From Iphione sp. A-MEVVRFRX5 (taxonomy: Eukaryota), in NCBI GenBank assembly GCA_976226885.1, contig OZ320317.1, forward strand, positions 78,368,001 to 78,432,000: a stretch of DNA of 64,000 nucleotides, given 5' to 3'. The position numbers were made by a program, and so were the translations under genes. This document shows positions 28,001 to 42,300 of this stretch, piece after piece; position 1 is the stretch's first letter; the number at the start of each line of letters is the position of its first letter. Below the pieces are notes generated by a model. That model was given only the letters and a program-made list of their open reading frames with translations. It was not told where the DNA came from and did no database searches.

Positions 28001-31000
28001 ATAAAAGTTAATGGCGTGGGTTAAAACAGCCATAAACCAGCAGCCTTACGGACCTTATCGATTAAGGTGACTAAGGACCTTAAGAGTTCGTCTGCTAATT
28101 ACGAGAATTGTGTATAGATTAGTTCTTACCATCAAGCAACTCATTGTGTCCAGGAAATAGTACCTCCTCCATCGATGTTATCTGCCAGATAATTCTGGAT
28201 TTAATAAACCACATTTCCCCCCTTGTCCAAACTGGGACAGGTATTGCAGACAGTGGCGGTAGTGAGTTGGGTCATTCAATGTGTCGATCTTATCGTTTAG
28301 GTAGAAATGCCCAGGGCCGCGGACGTGATGGAGCGACCGACCACAGGACTTCCACAGGAAAGATGTGAGCGTGAGTCAGCAACCAACCACGCACCGAGTC
28401 AGGTCGGTCAGACCGGTAAGGTACACCGCAACCGACGTCAACACGCTGCTGTTTCCAGGCAATTGGCGCTATTATCCACAGCCCATCGCTCAGCATATTT
28501 TTTTTGTTTGAAAATACAATGCATCCACATACACGCATATATATACTCATGTATGTACGGATATATTATCATTGTAGTTGATCTGAAAAGGGGACAGGTT
28601 ACGTGCTTTATGAAAATATGCGCCTGTAAAAAAGCGATTCCACGTTCATGTATATGCCTTATGAAATAACAAAGCTTGCGTCTTGAAAAATCTTTTGTCG
28701 TTCTGTGTACATACACAGGTCTTTTTCTTCAAGTTTAGCATGTTGTTAACCTTCTTTCAATCCATGGATTTCAATCCCTCCTTCTCGTTTTCTGACTAAA
28801 ACCATTCATGAGGACCCTTACGTTACGGCCGTACCACGCTCTTTCAGAAACAGGCTATTAGTCCAACGCCTAATGTATGCCACGACATTGGCTCCTCTGA
28901 AGGTCACAGGCATATTTAAGTCAAAAAACCTCTGGTTGGGGAGGAAGGTATACCAGTGCCGCAGTCCATGGCAAGTCATACAGTTAAGGCAATATTAACG
29001 CTGGCATCCTCGAAGCGCTAGACTTTCAAATCGGTGTGCCGATCAATCATTTCTGACACCCTTTATTTGTACGAGGCGAGACGTATTAATTGGCTGCGGT
29101 ATTAACGGTTGCACTCGACTCCGAGCATGAGTCGACTCATCACGGTCTATCAAGGCGATCGGAGAAGGGAGTTTGGTCTGGGAGCAGCAGAACGGCACGG
29201 CGAGGGGGCTGCCAACGTTTTAAGGCGTTGTTAAAGCCAATTATAGCCATCAACACAGGATAAACCGACTAATTATAACAGATTCTAATCGCCCTGCCAA
29301 TTTTGAAATTTCATGTCCTTCCCTGACCCCACACTAGCTCAGTCAACATGTTGAAGGGAACCCATATGGTAAGCACTATTCCTAGATTTTGACAACTGTG
29401 AAATATGACTCTGAAGTTTCTTTATATAGATCTAGACAGGCTGTTAGCGAAGCTGGGAGGTCAAGTTGTTTCCATGCACCCGTGCCCCGTGGCTGAGTCG
29501 GAAGGCTCTCCTCCTGTAGTGTAGGAATACTGGCTGTTAACGTCGTCTTTGGGCCAATCTATCACTCCACAGGGAGGCAGGGCTCCGACGTTCAATCATT
29601 TGTCGGCATCAGGCACCTGCCAACACACCTGTGGGGCTAGCATATATAGCTGGGTGGGGAAGGTAATCCGTTAGATCGCAGCCAGGTGTGACGACCCTCT
29701 GTGTCTGAGAACATTAGACAGGTGTTTCACCATGATCTACATTGACATGACCCTGCCGACAAATGAGCGCATCGTACCGACCTGCACATGCATGTCTACC
29801 TTGCATATTTATACTCTATATAAAGGTAACGCAGACGTATGGACGGTGAATGCCGCAGTGACACTAGCAGAGCTTCAATACACCAGAGGTATAGGCTTTA
29901 GATATACTATGGTGGAAGCCGGACAAAAGCTCACGGGCAGACAGCAACAGACATAGAAACACGATATCACATCAAAGGCAGGGGGAAAAATCGGGTATAT
30001 AAGGAAAGGGGGACACCATATTCGATAAGGGTGACCATATGCACCTCGTCTTAACAAAAAGGACGGACGTCAGCACAGGACAAAGGGTTAAACATTGCCT
30101 ATCAAACCTGTGTATACATGGACATGGGTCGCCGTTAACAGCACACTCGTTCCATTATTGCGAAAACATTTTGCGGACTGTAAAAAAAACCTAGCCTGTC
30201 GATCGAAGGGGGTAATGTTACGGATTCAGCCACACCATTGATTCGTGTGTGATAATTGAGAGGTACCTTGCCGAACAGTTCCCAGCTGGTGGGAGCAGGC
30301 GTGTTGGTATTAAGGTGGTGGCCCCTGTGGTGGTCGGGCTACAAGGGTTTAGGTCGGTGAGAGCGATACGGACGAGATTACCTTCAACACCAGAACGATT
30401 CGGGTTTGAACGCAGAACGCGTGAAGGGCTGTCGTGTCGATCACCGCCTCGGCATCACCAGCAGCAAGCCAGGCCACCCGGTGCGAGTTTTTTTTTTCTC
30501 CCTATTTCTACAGTGGTGAACAGACTGGCAGGTCGACCGGCAAGGGTCTCACTGTGATGTTGCGCACATCTAAGCGTGACCTGTTGACCTCCAGGACAAG
30601 GTCAGTTTACCTTGCACAGCTTTGATCAGTGCCTTGTGCATTGTGCCCTGGCGTTCAGGTAGCAGCATCCCAACAGTCTCGCTGCATATCATACATGTAG
30701 CTCCAATGTATAGTAGGCTAAACGGAGGACAACCGGGAAAGCGGATTCTTTTTGCAGTCTATAGCTGCTGAATCCTGCGCGCGAAGTTACTATCGTAACA
30801 TCAAAGTGCCGCCGTTCGACGTAATCACAGCGAGTATTTCTCAAAGATCCACCTAAACCATTTGTGAAGAAAGAAATGAAACACTGGCTGATAAGATCGT
30901 CTTCTCTGTGGCATGCCTAAGGGAGAGAGGTCGTTTGAACCTGAGAGGTTGGCACGTCAAAACCCACTATGTCAGTTTGGAACATATGCTGTGAAGGTGT

Positions 31001-33110
31001 GGCACACTCCAGTTACAGGGCTATACCCGTGTGGTAACGCCCCTAGAAGATTCTGGAGAGGATAACTACTCCCCCCCCCCCCCCGCGCCATTCCAAATTT
31101 AGCTCACCGCTGGAGGTGAGGCCGGCTTGACCGATCATACGAGTCACCAGATTATTAGGTCTCCTTTGGAAAGGCCACGTCTGGCAAGGGTTAACGCAAG
31201 TTGTGAATGAGGTGAGCGCTGTAAAAAGTCATCACTGAACATGAAACCTACCGGGACATCTTACTAAGAGACAAGCGTGGGCGATTGCTTCATATAAGAA
31301 TCTGTACATCATGTATATGACTTGTCCTTATGGTCAGTAATAACGGACTATAATAAGTTGATATAATCGTTAGGAAACGTGCGCAAACTGTATAGAAAGG
31401 GCACTATGCTCGGCGATGAGAAAAACAAAACCTTAGTAAAGATGTTACATAGTCTTATGAGAAATGGAGACCATAGCGAAGGATGTTACCATGGCATAGA
31501 GAAGGCATGAATATACATAGCATGCCATTACAATCTTGCAGAAGCGCCATTTACCAAGGAATACATAAAGCCGCGAACGCGCATGCTCCGAGTCAGATGA
31601 GATCCACTTGCAAGCATCTTGCACTGACCTCTATCCCATCCAGCTTCTTGTTTGCGCACTTTAACAATCTTGCACTTATCATTCAATGCGTTTATTTATT
31701 TGCCTTTATTTCTTTTTTCATTTTTCCTGTCAGCTATGACACTTAAATGTATCAAATAAGTACATGTATTTATGATATCCTATGTAATTCAGCATTTTAT
31801 CGCACAAATGCTTTTAGTAACTTAATCATCTCTCTCTCTCGATCGAGAGAGCATGAGTTACAATGAAAAAAGGTAACTGTTGTGTTATATAATCAGAAAT
31901 GTTACCCTTACATATGATAAACTAATGAAGGTACGTTTTAAATAGAAGGACGGGCCGTGATCCTTCTGATTTGTTATCATGAGAAACAAACATTACGTCA
32001 TATACTAATACAGATCTTCAGGGGAATATCACATAACGTGGTGAGAAAAGAAACATGTTATGTTATGAGAAACGTAGATATTTGTATGCTGTTATATAAC
32101 ATGAAGCCATAAGTGGACAAATATACATGTAATTATGAGATGAGAAATCTTGACCAAAGTGGTATCCTACATGAGAACCTGTAGAGCCTAGCTTTGAGAA
32201 ACTAATGACCACACAAGACAAGAGGCAAATAGATATTCTTTTATCGACTGAATCCTAATCACATGTAACAATGAATCTTTCTAATTCCAATCTGTAATTT
32301 CAAATCACAATGCTCGTGATTTTCGTCCCGACACGCCCCGTTTGAAATCAAAAACCGCCTTGGCAGGGTGAAGCCATTAACGATAGAATTTCTCACCGTT
32401 TTTCGGTTAAAGGATGGGGGCTTTGTTAAGGTCTCAATCAAATGTGAGTGAATCATCATAATCTAATTCCCATTCAGTGTCGCTCTTCTTGCACAGCAAG
32501 GAGAATTCAAACCCCCTGTGTGGGCAGTCAGCGAAGTCACATTAGTTATATTTGACAGGGGTGTAGACCTCAGAGTGACCCTGAAGTAATAACACCGTCC
32601 TTCGATTCGGTGTCCTAAATCACCTCGAATGAAGTTCGTTTGATTGACGAAGGCCGGGAGGCACGGCATTGACGTACATGCCAGTGCTGAGGGCTATTAG
32701 CGGTGACATGCTGGTGTGCAAGAGCAATGGCCGCTCAGCTCGATGCTAAATGGCTCTCGGGTGGTACTGTACACGCTTCAGGTGTGGAGAGGTTTTCTAA
32801 AGGTGGGTTTTCGGGCGACTGGAGATGAGAAAACTTTGGTCCCTGACACCCGCAATCCATGAAACCTCCAAAGTGCTCGGCATGCGTGAGGTCAACTGCA
32901 AACACGCCTGTATCCACAGAAAGACTACCGCAAGGTTTCGTAGAATTCTGATCTCCATTAGAAATACAGAGGACAAACAGATATCTAGAGATTCAGCCCA
33001 ACTACGCCCACATTTGTCAGGAATATAGCAAGACGCAAATTCTGACGGGATTGGCCAATTATATACACAAACGAGACGAACGCTGGTACCTCACGTTCCA
33101 CCTCACATAT

Positions 33111-33178
33111 ACACAAACATCTGTCTATTCCAGGCAGAGATTACACACAAACATCTTTCTATTCCAGGCAGAGATTAC
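33111..33178. repeat. 34-bp tandem duplication
   Basis: acacaaacatct(g/t)tctattccaggcagagattac x2 with one mismatch. Confidence 0.9.
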
Positions 33179-35050
33179 GTAAGGATTTGGTGGCACGAGA
33201 AGAGCTCGTCTGTGACTCCCTCCTCTCTCACTCCCTCTCTCCTCTCTCTTTTCCCTGTAGATGTACATGTGTATTTTCTTTCCCCTTTCTTCCTCTCTTC
33301 GACGCCCCCCCCCTCCCTTCTCCAATCCCCTGTTGCCTCTCACCGCCTCCTCCACTCTGGTTTTACCTTGCGTGAAGCCGTAAAGGGCAAGACCAGCGCG
33401 TGGGTCTCCAGGTTGATAGAGAGGGAGGCTGGTGCCCTAGTGACCTTGTAAGTGGGCGGGGTGGTCATCACCTGCACACGTGTGTACGGATAGACTCACC
33501 TTGTTCTCCTGGTGGCCGCCTCGTCCATTACACACTACACCACACAGGCAACACGAGCCTGCACCCGCCATCATAAACCTAACGTTATGACCACGTCGAA
33601 TAGCCCACCTGAACTCGCCAAGTGCCGCGAGTGGTCCACAACTTCCTGTAAGTAGTCGACCACTGTCAGGGGGCTATAAGCTATGGCGTACACAAGAACT
33701 TTGGGCGTCCCTGTGAAACGAAATAAGGCACCAGACCCCGCGAAACGCCAGCCAGAGGATCGCCGATGTCGAATAATGGGTTTCGCTAATGTGATTTCCT
33801 TCATAATGGCATTAACCCTTGAAAACTATGTTTTATGGATTTGCCAGTTGATTATAAATTTTTCAAGACGGCTTTTTGGTCTCGTACGTTAAATCAATGT
33901 AGTATAGCTATGTAAAAGCATAATCAATGTTATTCCACTGAACTAGGGTCTCCATGGTGAAAACAAGTACATGTACATGTGCATGGAAATTGAAGCAGGC
34001 ACATTAATTTAATAGATCTATAATAACGATATTTGGGATATGTACGGACATCTACGGAACGTCAGGAGAGTGGTATTACAGGATAGGCCCGGATTCACCT
34101 GATTATAGCACTGCTAGAAGGCCTTTACGTCTCATGCCTGACTGGTCATAATGTACGCAGCACAACCATAACAAGGGGCAGAGAATTGTAGACTAAAATA
34201 ACACGAACAAATATATGCGCACACATCCATCCCCAAAAGCACACACACGAAAACCCACACACATACATACCTACATACAGGCGCACACACTTCAATGAGA
34301 TCAAAGCGAACAAAGGTCACCTGGATTGCGCCCAGGTTCCCACCTGGATCAGGTCATGCGATTTGTAAACCCCTTCTCACCTGGCCTTTCATGGGGCGTC
34401 AGAGGTGAGAGCCTACGCTTAATGCCCGCGTGTATCCGCTGACGGCTTTCCTCTAATTGGTTGCTGTGCCGAGAGGTCGGCCTTATTCACGAGAGACAGA
34501 ACCAGTGAAGATAGCTTCACCCTTCAAGCCCTCAAAGAGCAACCATCTTATGGGCGAGGCGCCGCCATCCTGGGTCTTGTAAGGACGAGAAAGTCCCTAG
34601 AGGACGTGATGGGCGTGGTATGTATTGACTGATGTATGGAGAGTGGAATACATGCACTAGTAAATAAATTGTATGAACTCACCAAAAGAAGGGGGGTCTA
34701 ATATCTGTATGTGTTCACCAATCTAAGTAGGGTGGGATACGAATATACCATGTACATGTATACATACAGGTAGTTGTTACATGTATTCACCAAAGGGGTG
34801 ACAATAGGGCAAATAAATTGTAAAGGTATGTATATATAACACATATGTTACTTAAGAAGAGGGAGGGTAGGATGGGCACTAAAATATTCATTAAAAGGAG
34901 GAGGAGGATTTTGTGGTAGGATTTAAGCTTACATTTATCTGCATGTATTAATGAAAGAGGGTGGATGGATAAACAAAATGGTATTCACACATATATTCAC
35001 CAGTGGAGAGGTAGGGGAATAAACGTATAGGGATTTACATGTTCTCCCGC

Positions 35051-35123
35051 GGAAGAAAGAAGGAAGGCTGGAAGAAAGGAAGGAAGGAAGGAAGGACGGA
35101 AGGAAAGAAGGAAGGAAAGGAAG
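35051..35123. repeat. Imperfect (GGAA)n microsatellite
   Basis: Directly visible. Confidence 0.9.
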
Positions 35124-36276
35124 ATGGGACACAGACCAGTACATGTATATAGCACAAGAAGGGCGGTGGGGTATATTTTTAGATTTAGTCATGTGAGCAC
35201 ATGTATATATATAGCAGAATCGAGACCACAAGTTAAGTATTCATCTCCGAACAGCAAACGAACCCAAAATAACCTGCCCTGACGAAAACTATTCACGAAC
35301 AATAACCTGTCTAAAAAAAGTGTGAATCATATAGAGAGAATTCACCTAAGGGATGCCAATTGAAAACAGATTTTTCAGATTTGCTGCAGAAGGCCTCGGG
35401 AGTGAAAAATACTTACAGCAAAACGATTGATGATGAGTTAATGACATGGTTAATCATGAAAGACCCCGGCAGAAAATAACCCCTATTTACTACCGACACC
35501 TGGGATTACAATGCGCACAGTAGCAGGTTTGTGCCGGCTGTGCCCGGCAGATTCTGTCAGATCGCTGGTTTCCTGTCTAATTGTTTGGGGGCGAAATGTC
35601 TGACACATTGCTCTACATTGATCCTGCCAACAAAACACCAAGCCCAGATGACAGTATTGACTGTTTTTTGCCTCCAGTGACGACGTGCTAACTGGGACAA
35701 AGTCTCTCCCCCCCTCCCTCCTGCACTTATAGAGACACATGCAGTGCTTTTAACGATGGCATCTCTGCTATCGACAAACAAATAGGAGATTAAAAATACC
35801 GTGCTTTCAGGGAACAATAATCAAAGCCGCACTATGTAAGGTTTTATGTAGGTATACGTGTAAAAATATGTTCAGCTGTTTTCGATAAGGATCCAATTTC
35901 GTTCCCCACCCTATTTTCTTCTTTATTTGACCCTCTCTCCGGCACCGTTGTATTTTATGCCCAGATAAGCCGATGCCTTTATTATAGATTTATGAGGATT
36001 TTTGTATAAAAACATTTATTTTAAAATGCATGCGGAAGAAACTCATACACATGTGGGCAGATCTTAGTAGGTGGCAGGCTGTAAAGGAAAAGAGAAAGCG
36101 CGAGCAAGAGTGAAGGGACAGATGAAGAGAAACTGAAGAAAAAAAATCCTTTTATTTTTCTTGACGTATTATGACGTCTAACTCGCCCATCGTCGAAAAC
36201 AGAAAACGCAATACATAGGAGATAATGTAGGTAATGGCATGACATGCTAACCCCTATAGTTTTACTCGTCTTGTTC

Positions 36277-36318
36277 CCTCCTCCTCCTCCTCCTCCTCCT
36301 CCTCCTCCTCCTCCTCCT
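36277..36318. repeat. (CCT)14 trinucleotide microsatellite
   Basis: 14 perfect CCT units. Confidence 0.95.
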
Positions 36319-39300
36319 TCCAGCAGGCTTAAGAGGGTTGTCACGCTTCCAGCTTTGTCGCGCACACTCCTATCTCATTTGCAGCACCTCCGTCATGAGA
36401 TGCGTTGACGTGCATTCCCTAAAACGCACAAAACAACATGACATGGCTTCCGTTTGGGTGTCGAGTTCTGTAATTCGCCTGTATGAGTCAAGTTGACAAC
36501 AGGAGTTCATGTAGTAACCAAATGGCACAGTGTGCTGTGACAACATCATGCCGTCATTTAGGAGTGGTGCGCTACCTGTCATGCAAACAGGGCATGAAAT
36601 TGTCTTTCTATATCTGATATGGTACTAAATGAATAGAGCATTACGGCGCCTCCAACAATATCTGAATTAATACACTAGGCATGTCTATGTCCTCAAAAGA
36701 CCTTCATTTGTGGAGAGGGGCTTCCTGAAATACATGCATCAAATATTCAGCTGCCTGAATCACTCATAAATCACTTATGAATATGGATCGGTTTCCTGAT
36801 AATTTTCCTGAAGTTGAGGTGCAAGGGACACACATTTCAGTCCCTGTAAAGTGTAGAAGCTATAATTATAAATAGTATCAATGCAGCATATTGGTCGGGT
36901 GGACGTTGTGGCCAGTGTGTTGAATGAAAGCAAATTTGCACCGAGGTCTCTTACTGGAGGGAGCAGGCTACCTGATAATATTTGGGGCATTATATGATGT
37001 TTAAGAACATGCTGTTTATTGCACATCTATGTTTAAAGTCATTTTCAGAAGTTTACCCAGTCTACAAGCTCATGCACACGTATATACCTTGTGTATTAGA
37101 TTTAACATGCAAGGTTGGCAACACTGTGTTGTTTAAAACGAGACGGAACCAACAAACCTAGTCCAGTAGTAAAGGGTATTTGATGGAGCTCAGCACTGGT
37201 ATGTGGGTCCGGACAAACCACTTATCCTCTCATTCCCTAGTTGGGGAACTGGAGGACTCCTGCATGAAAGGTCAACACATAGAGAGATGCCCCCGCGAGA
37301 GGATGCATGTGAGAAGACCCCAGGTCTCCCCCCTCGGAAATAACACAAAGACATGCCACCTGCTCATTGGGTTATATCTTCCAAATGCATCCACTCTCCG
37401 CAGTCGCAAAGGAAGATTGCCTTGTGTCTATAAGGGAAAAAAAGACGAAAGTAGGGGAGACTGGATGACCAACATACTTTTGATTAGACCGGGCGACTCC
37501 CCATGTTTTCTCATGGGCAACAATAAAACTGGCAGTGTAGTTGTGGTGGAAAGCTTCGCCAAGATGTAATCAGAGAAAAGCGGCGCTGTTTCCAGCCGGT
37601 CGAACCCGCCGATTCTTCCGTGGCCGATGAAGTCAATAAGACACAAAAGCACATAGCCTGCAGAGAGACACTTCCAGTGCATATTTAATCGCATGAAAAA
37701 AGGGCCGCATTTGGGTGTGTGTATGTGTATTGGTGTATGAAGTAAACAGATTACTTAACCAAGCAGACTGGGCTAGAGTGGAGCCACTCGGCACGAATAT
37801 GGTCTGACGCTGCACGAAGTGAGGAATGTCGGAGTCCTACCCTTAGAGAGGCTGCATTACGTAAGAGCACGCCCTCTGATCCAACTAGAAGCCAAATCTA
37901 CCGCTGGTGGGTGCCGTGGGGAGGCTCGAACTCCAAGGCTAGCTGGCCTCCTGCAAACTTGTATCAAGTTCCTGTCGGCAGAGCTTTGGAAAGGGGTGAA
38001 TCCAAACATCCAAACGGTAATATATATTCATGTACAACCCCCTTGCATCGGGGTATGCATTTACATGGCGCGACGGATTATAGTCGTGAGGAAAATACTG
38101 CTCCTGATAAACCTATACAATCAGGCGGTTCTATCGAGGACTCCATTGAAATACCTGTAAATATTTTAACTGTTATAAAGTTATGTGTTATCCTCGTCTA
38201 GTATTTAAAAGATACATGCATGTGGTTCCTTCTAAACATAAAATAAATACACCATATTGCTACTTTTATATCTAATCCCATTGTTTCAAATACTAATGCT
38301 CGGGTGCTGAATATCCTCGATCCTAGTGAGTTAATCCCTAATAGCACATCTCCTTGCAAATCTTTAAAACGTCATACGTTTCCAAGTTGGTACCGCCTGT
38401 GCTTGATGACTGTATTGACCCAACTATGAATCTGCCATAAGTTTGTATTCTGAAACATCTCCACAAAACTCTGAAAAATCCCTACAATCTCTACTTAGCT
38501 TCTCGGTTGCAATCTGTCTTTCTTGCGACAACCATACTGTATAAAGTTCTTTGCTAAAAGATAGATATCCCTGTGAATTGTCTATCATTAGAATCGAAAA
38601 ACGTCATAATGACTCTGTTGATACAGATCATACATATTTACTGAACGACTGCACGACTACCAGCCCCAACAGTTTCAGGTGAATATCGTTTAAGTGTTAA
38701 AGAAGGACTCTGCTTCGCATGTATGCCAGTGGATTGCTCTATTGGATGATGGTCGACGTACAATTATTAGGCATCTTTACATCCACCCATCTGACACATG
38801 AAGGTGCACATATAACCGCATCACAACACGTGGCACCATTAGAGCCCCCCAGACATTCAATTATCCAACGTATACCTTCGATCAGACAGTATTTTATATC
38901 ATTAAGACCCCGTGAATTATCCAGTGGATGGGTAAGTAATCACCATGGTAATTACCCTTCAATTCCGGCAAGTAACTCCTCGTGGGAAGTGTGATTTATT
39001 TATGAAAAATCAGTCCAACGCGACCTACCCCTGGCAGAAAATAACCATCCTAGGAGGATGGTTGTCAGGAACGATGCTCAAAAACAGTTATCGTTCAAAA
39101 CAGTGGTTCTTGCATGATCCTATGTTGGTTCTTCCTCCTCACACTGTTATGTTACGCATAAAAGATGACGGCATAATCTTATTCACGGCCTACAATATTG
39201 AGCCAGAGAACCTGACCCAAGGAAGAGGTGAAGTGATAAACGTGGTGATAATGATGGATATAAAGATGGGAGGCCAAGGCTTTGTTAGGCCCTGTATTCT

Positions 39301-42300
39301 TCATGGATAGGACCGTGGTGCCTCGTAACTCAAGCTATCTATATTCACTCCGTAAATATTGTAGAAGGATACAGGTGAAACACTTGCTTAACGTCCGACT
39401 AACACTTAGGAACAAGGAAAGCAGTTCACCACAGGCCCAATAACATTTGCGATAAGAGGAGTACACTACACGTACGAATAGAGCAGGGCATGTATAGATG
39501 TTTACATGCACAGTCGTGTCTATGTCAGACATCACATCTGTTCTATTACAAATACATCTTTCCTACAAAGTCACTCTGTGTTTAGTGACGAGACCAACTT
39601 CACTTACTCTGTGTTAGAAGACAATATACTACGAGAAACTCCTGTTAATAGAGACAAAAATGTATACATAATATTCCTAAATAATCCTTATTATGCCGTT
39701 TACATATACAGTTATTCAAATATCACGATGAGGTGTACCGAGTTTTATTCTCTCTCGTGTTTGGTTGTTCCGTTCATGATGCCAGGGGCCACTTTACGAG
39801 TAGTGGCCGCATGCTGGAGCAATTAATGATAGGCCTGAGTGGCTGCTCCAGGGGCTGTAGTGATCAAAATCCGGGGCGAGCCTCTCACACACAGGAACCC
39901 TACCCTCTCGCTGGTTGTTTATTTGGACAGAGCTCCCGTCCGAGCTGCTCACGTGTCTTGGGCGGCGATCGGAGCATCCCTGGTATTATCGCCCACTTCT
40001 GACGGTTCTGGATGCCCATCGGCCCGCTCCAGTATCACAAGAAGAGAGAGAAAGAGAGAGTGAGAGAGAGAAGAGAGAGGAACACGGAGGGGAGGATATG
40101 TGGGTTTTCCGCTGGATGTACTGAGAAGCAGCTGGCATGCAATCCTTCAAGGTCTGACTAATATAAGCAGCCTTAGGCAGGCTCAACCTGATTCATCGTA
40201 GTCCGCATACAGAAAAAAGGTTTAGGGTTTCAGCGATAAGGATTCACCACCAAGGGTTATAATATTATCACGATCACTAGAGAAAGCTGAGAAAACGGAG
40301 AAGGTCATTTCGTGGGAGGGAGTGAACTGCGGAGAATCAACTTCATAATATGTTCAAATGTGCGCCAGAATGAAAGTAATCTAAAACCCACAGGCGAAAG
40401 CTATAAAAGTAATTCAATACACGTATGTCAGTGCTCTCAAAATGGATGTCTATGGAAAAGGTGTGGGCGAAAGCTCAATTTGACAGGAGAAGAAAACGGG
40501 TCTTTTCATTGATGTCTGAGTGATAACGCCAAGTGATGTTACATGATGGGCCATTCGATCTCTTTCGTTACGCGCAGCCATTTCCCAGTGGCGGATAGCT
40601 GTAGGTGATAAGTCCCCCTCTGTAACGAATCCCTCCGCCTGCGGGGGAGGAAGGTAAGCGGGGCAGCGGGAGGGCGCGGCGCTCCACAAGATTAAGCCGG
40701 AACCCGCCGCGGTTCAATCTCCATCAAATCTGATATGAAAATATGTTAATGTATATACTTGCGTACGACGCTGCTGTCTGAAACAGGGGAGCAGAAGGAT
40801 CAGGTGCTGCCATGTAAGTGGGTTAACACAATCTTGGATTTACACAGTCTGCGTAGCCCTCATCCAATCAGGGGCTCCTGACGTACTTTCCTTGTGGGTC
40901 TGTGATAACTCTTTGTTATCCTAGCTCGACTTCATTTCGTATTGGCTCTTCTACCGTTTTGTAGCTAATTTTGAGTGGGTGAAAGCAGTATCCTACCTGA
41001 TGGAAAATGGCTTCGTCCTCAGCAACTACACTGACTACGAGAGATATTATCAAGGAAAGACAGGTGCTCGGCGACGTGCTCGCTGGATTGACTTACAGAC
41101 CTACATAACTGACTCACTGACCTAGATATGTCGACCTGCCACAAGACGAACTCCGTACAGACGGGTCAGAATACTCCTCAAATATCCATATCCTGCGAGA
41201 CTGCAAAATATTGCAGTGACCTTGCTTCACTGACATTTACCAGACAAAGAAAAAAGACTTTTGCCTACAGTCGGTAGTGAATTCTATTTCCAATTATTTA
41301 CGGGCAAGACGGTTGCGTCAACTTACAACCGTGAGGCATAAAATCTGTTCACAAGCCTCAAGCTCACTGTACCACAGTGAACTTATTAAGTAACATAAAA
41401 GAGCATGGATCTTAAAACCTAAGCTGCACGAGGTCACGCCATCTACTGAATGCCTCTCTCTCATTGTAGAGCATATAAAGAAAGCCCATTGGCCACGAGA
41501 TCATCGATGAGCTTCAAACTCACTAAAATAGGTCATGGCAAAGTTAGCTCACTTGGAGCTTGGGGCAAATGAAGATGACTCCATAATAAGGAGAGAGAGA
41601 GATAAAGGCATTGATTTTCACTTTTCGATCGCAGAAATGACTGCACCAAAGCTTATTTCTAAGCGTCCGAAAATAAAGATTTAATCATCCCCTAATGCAA
41701 CATTCTTGTGAAAAACGAAAAGATTAGATGGGTTGCATAAACGACCCAATAACTTGGCAGACGGCATCGGGAGGGGATCATTCCCAACATTAATATGAAA
41801 TATTAGCCATAATAATTAGCAGAAATATTACCTAAAGGCCAGTGTGCAGAGGGGACCGAGGCCTTTGGTAGCAGACAACCTATGACCTTCCTGTCGCACC
41901 TAAAGTGGAGGGTGATTAATGTATAATTCTGTGGCCACTACAGCGATAGCCTCAGCGACCGGCGATTGTAGGCGTACAGGAAGATAGGCCTTCGCTTGGC
42001 CAGTGGTGGAGGGGGAGGCCGATGAGGATGAATCGGTTTTGCTCCATCCCTTCTTGACCTCCTACTGCAAGGACCAATAAAGCACAGCCAACGGTTGGCT
42101 TGATAAACGGTGGGAGCATGTTTTGTCCTCAAGAGTTTTCAAGGTAGTGGGAAGGTTGGAGGAGAGGATACTCTAATCGTAAATGAAACAATTTACATGT
42201 ACAACAGAGAAGGAGAAAAAGACAAATAGATAAAGAGAGAGAAAGGTGAGCTGAGGAAGAGACAGAGCATATGATACAAAAAACGGGGAAGGAGGAAGGG

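Noticed and set aside
31834-31851. Perfect 18-bp palindrome ctctctcgatcgagagag
   Set aside because: Built from (CT)n/(AG)n low-complexity sequence and probably incidental.
34675-35030. Recurring ATTCACCA...GGG units
   Set aside because: Irregular, highly degenerate minisatellite-like sequence with no definable unit or function.
37590-37625. tRNA or tRNA-SINE (B-box-like GGTTCGACC on the minus strand)
   Set aside because: No cloverleaf or A box at the proper spacing. No tRNA, rRNA or CRISPR feature was found in the window.
38230-39330. Possible decayed CR1-like RT on the minus strand
   Set aside because: Only vague motif echoes; not supportable by eye.
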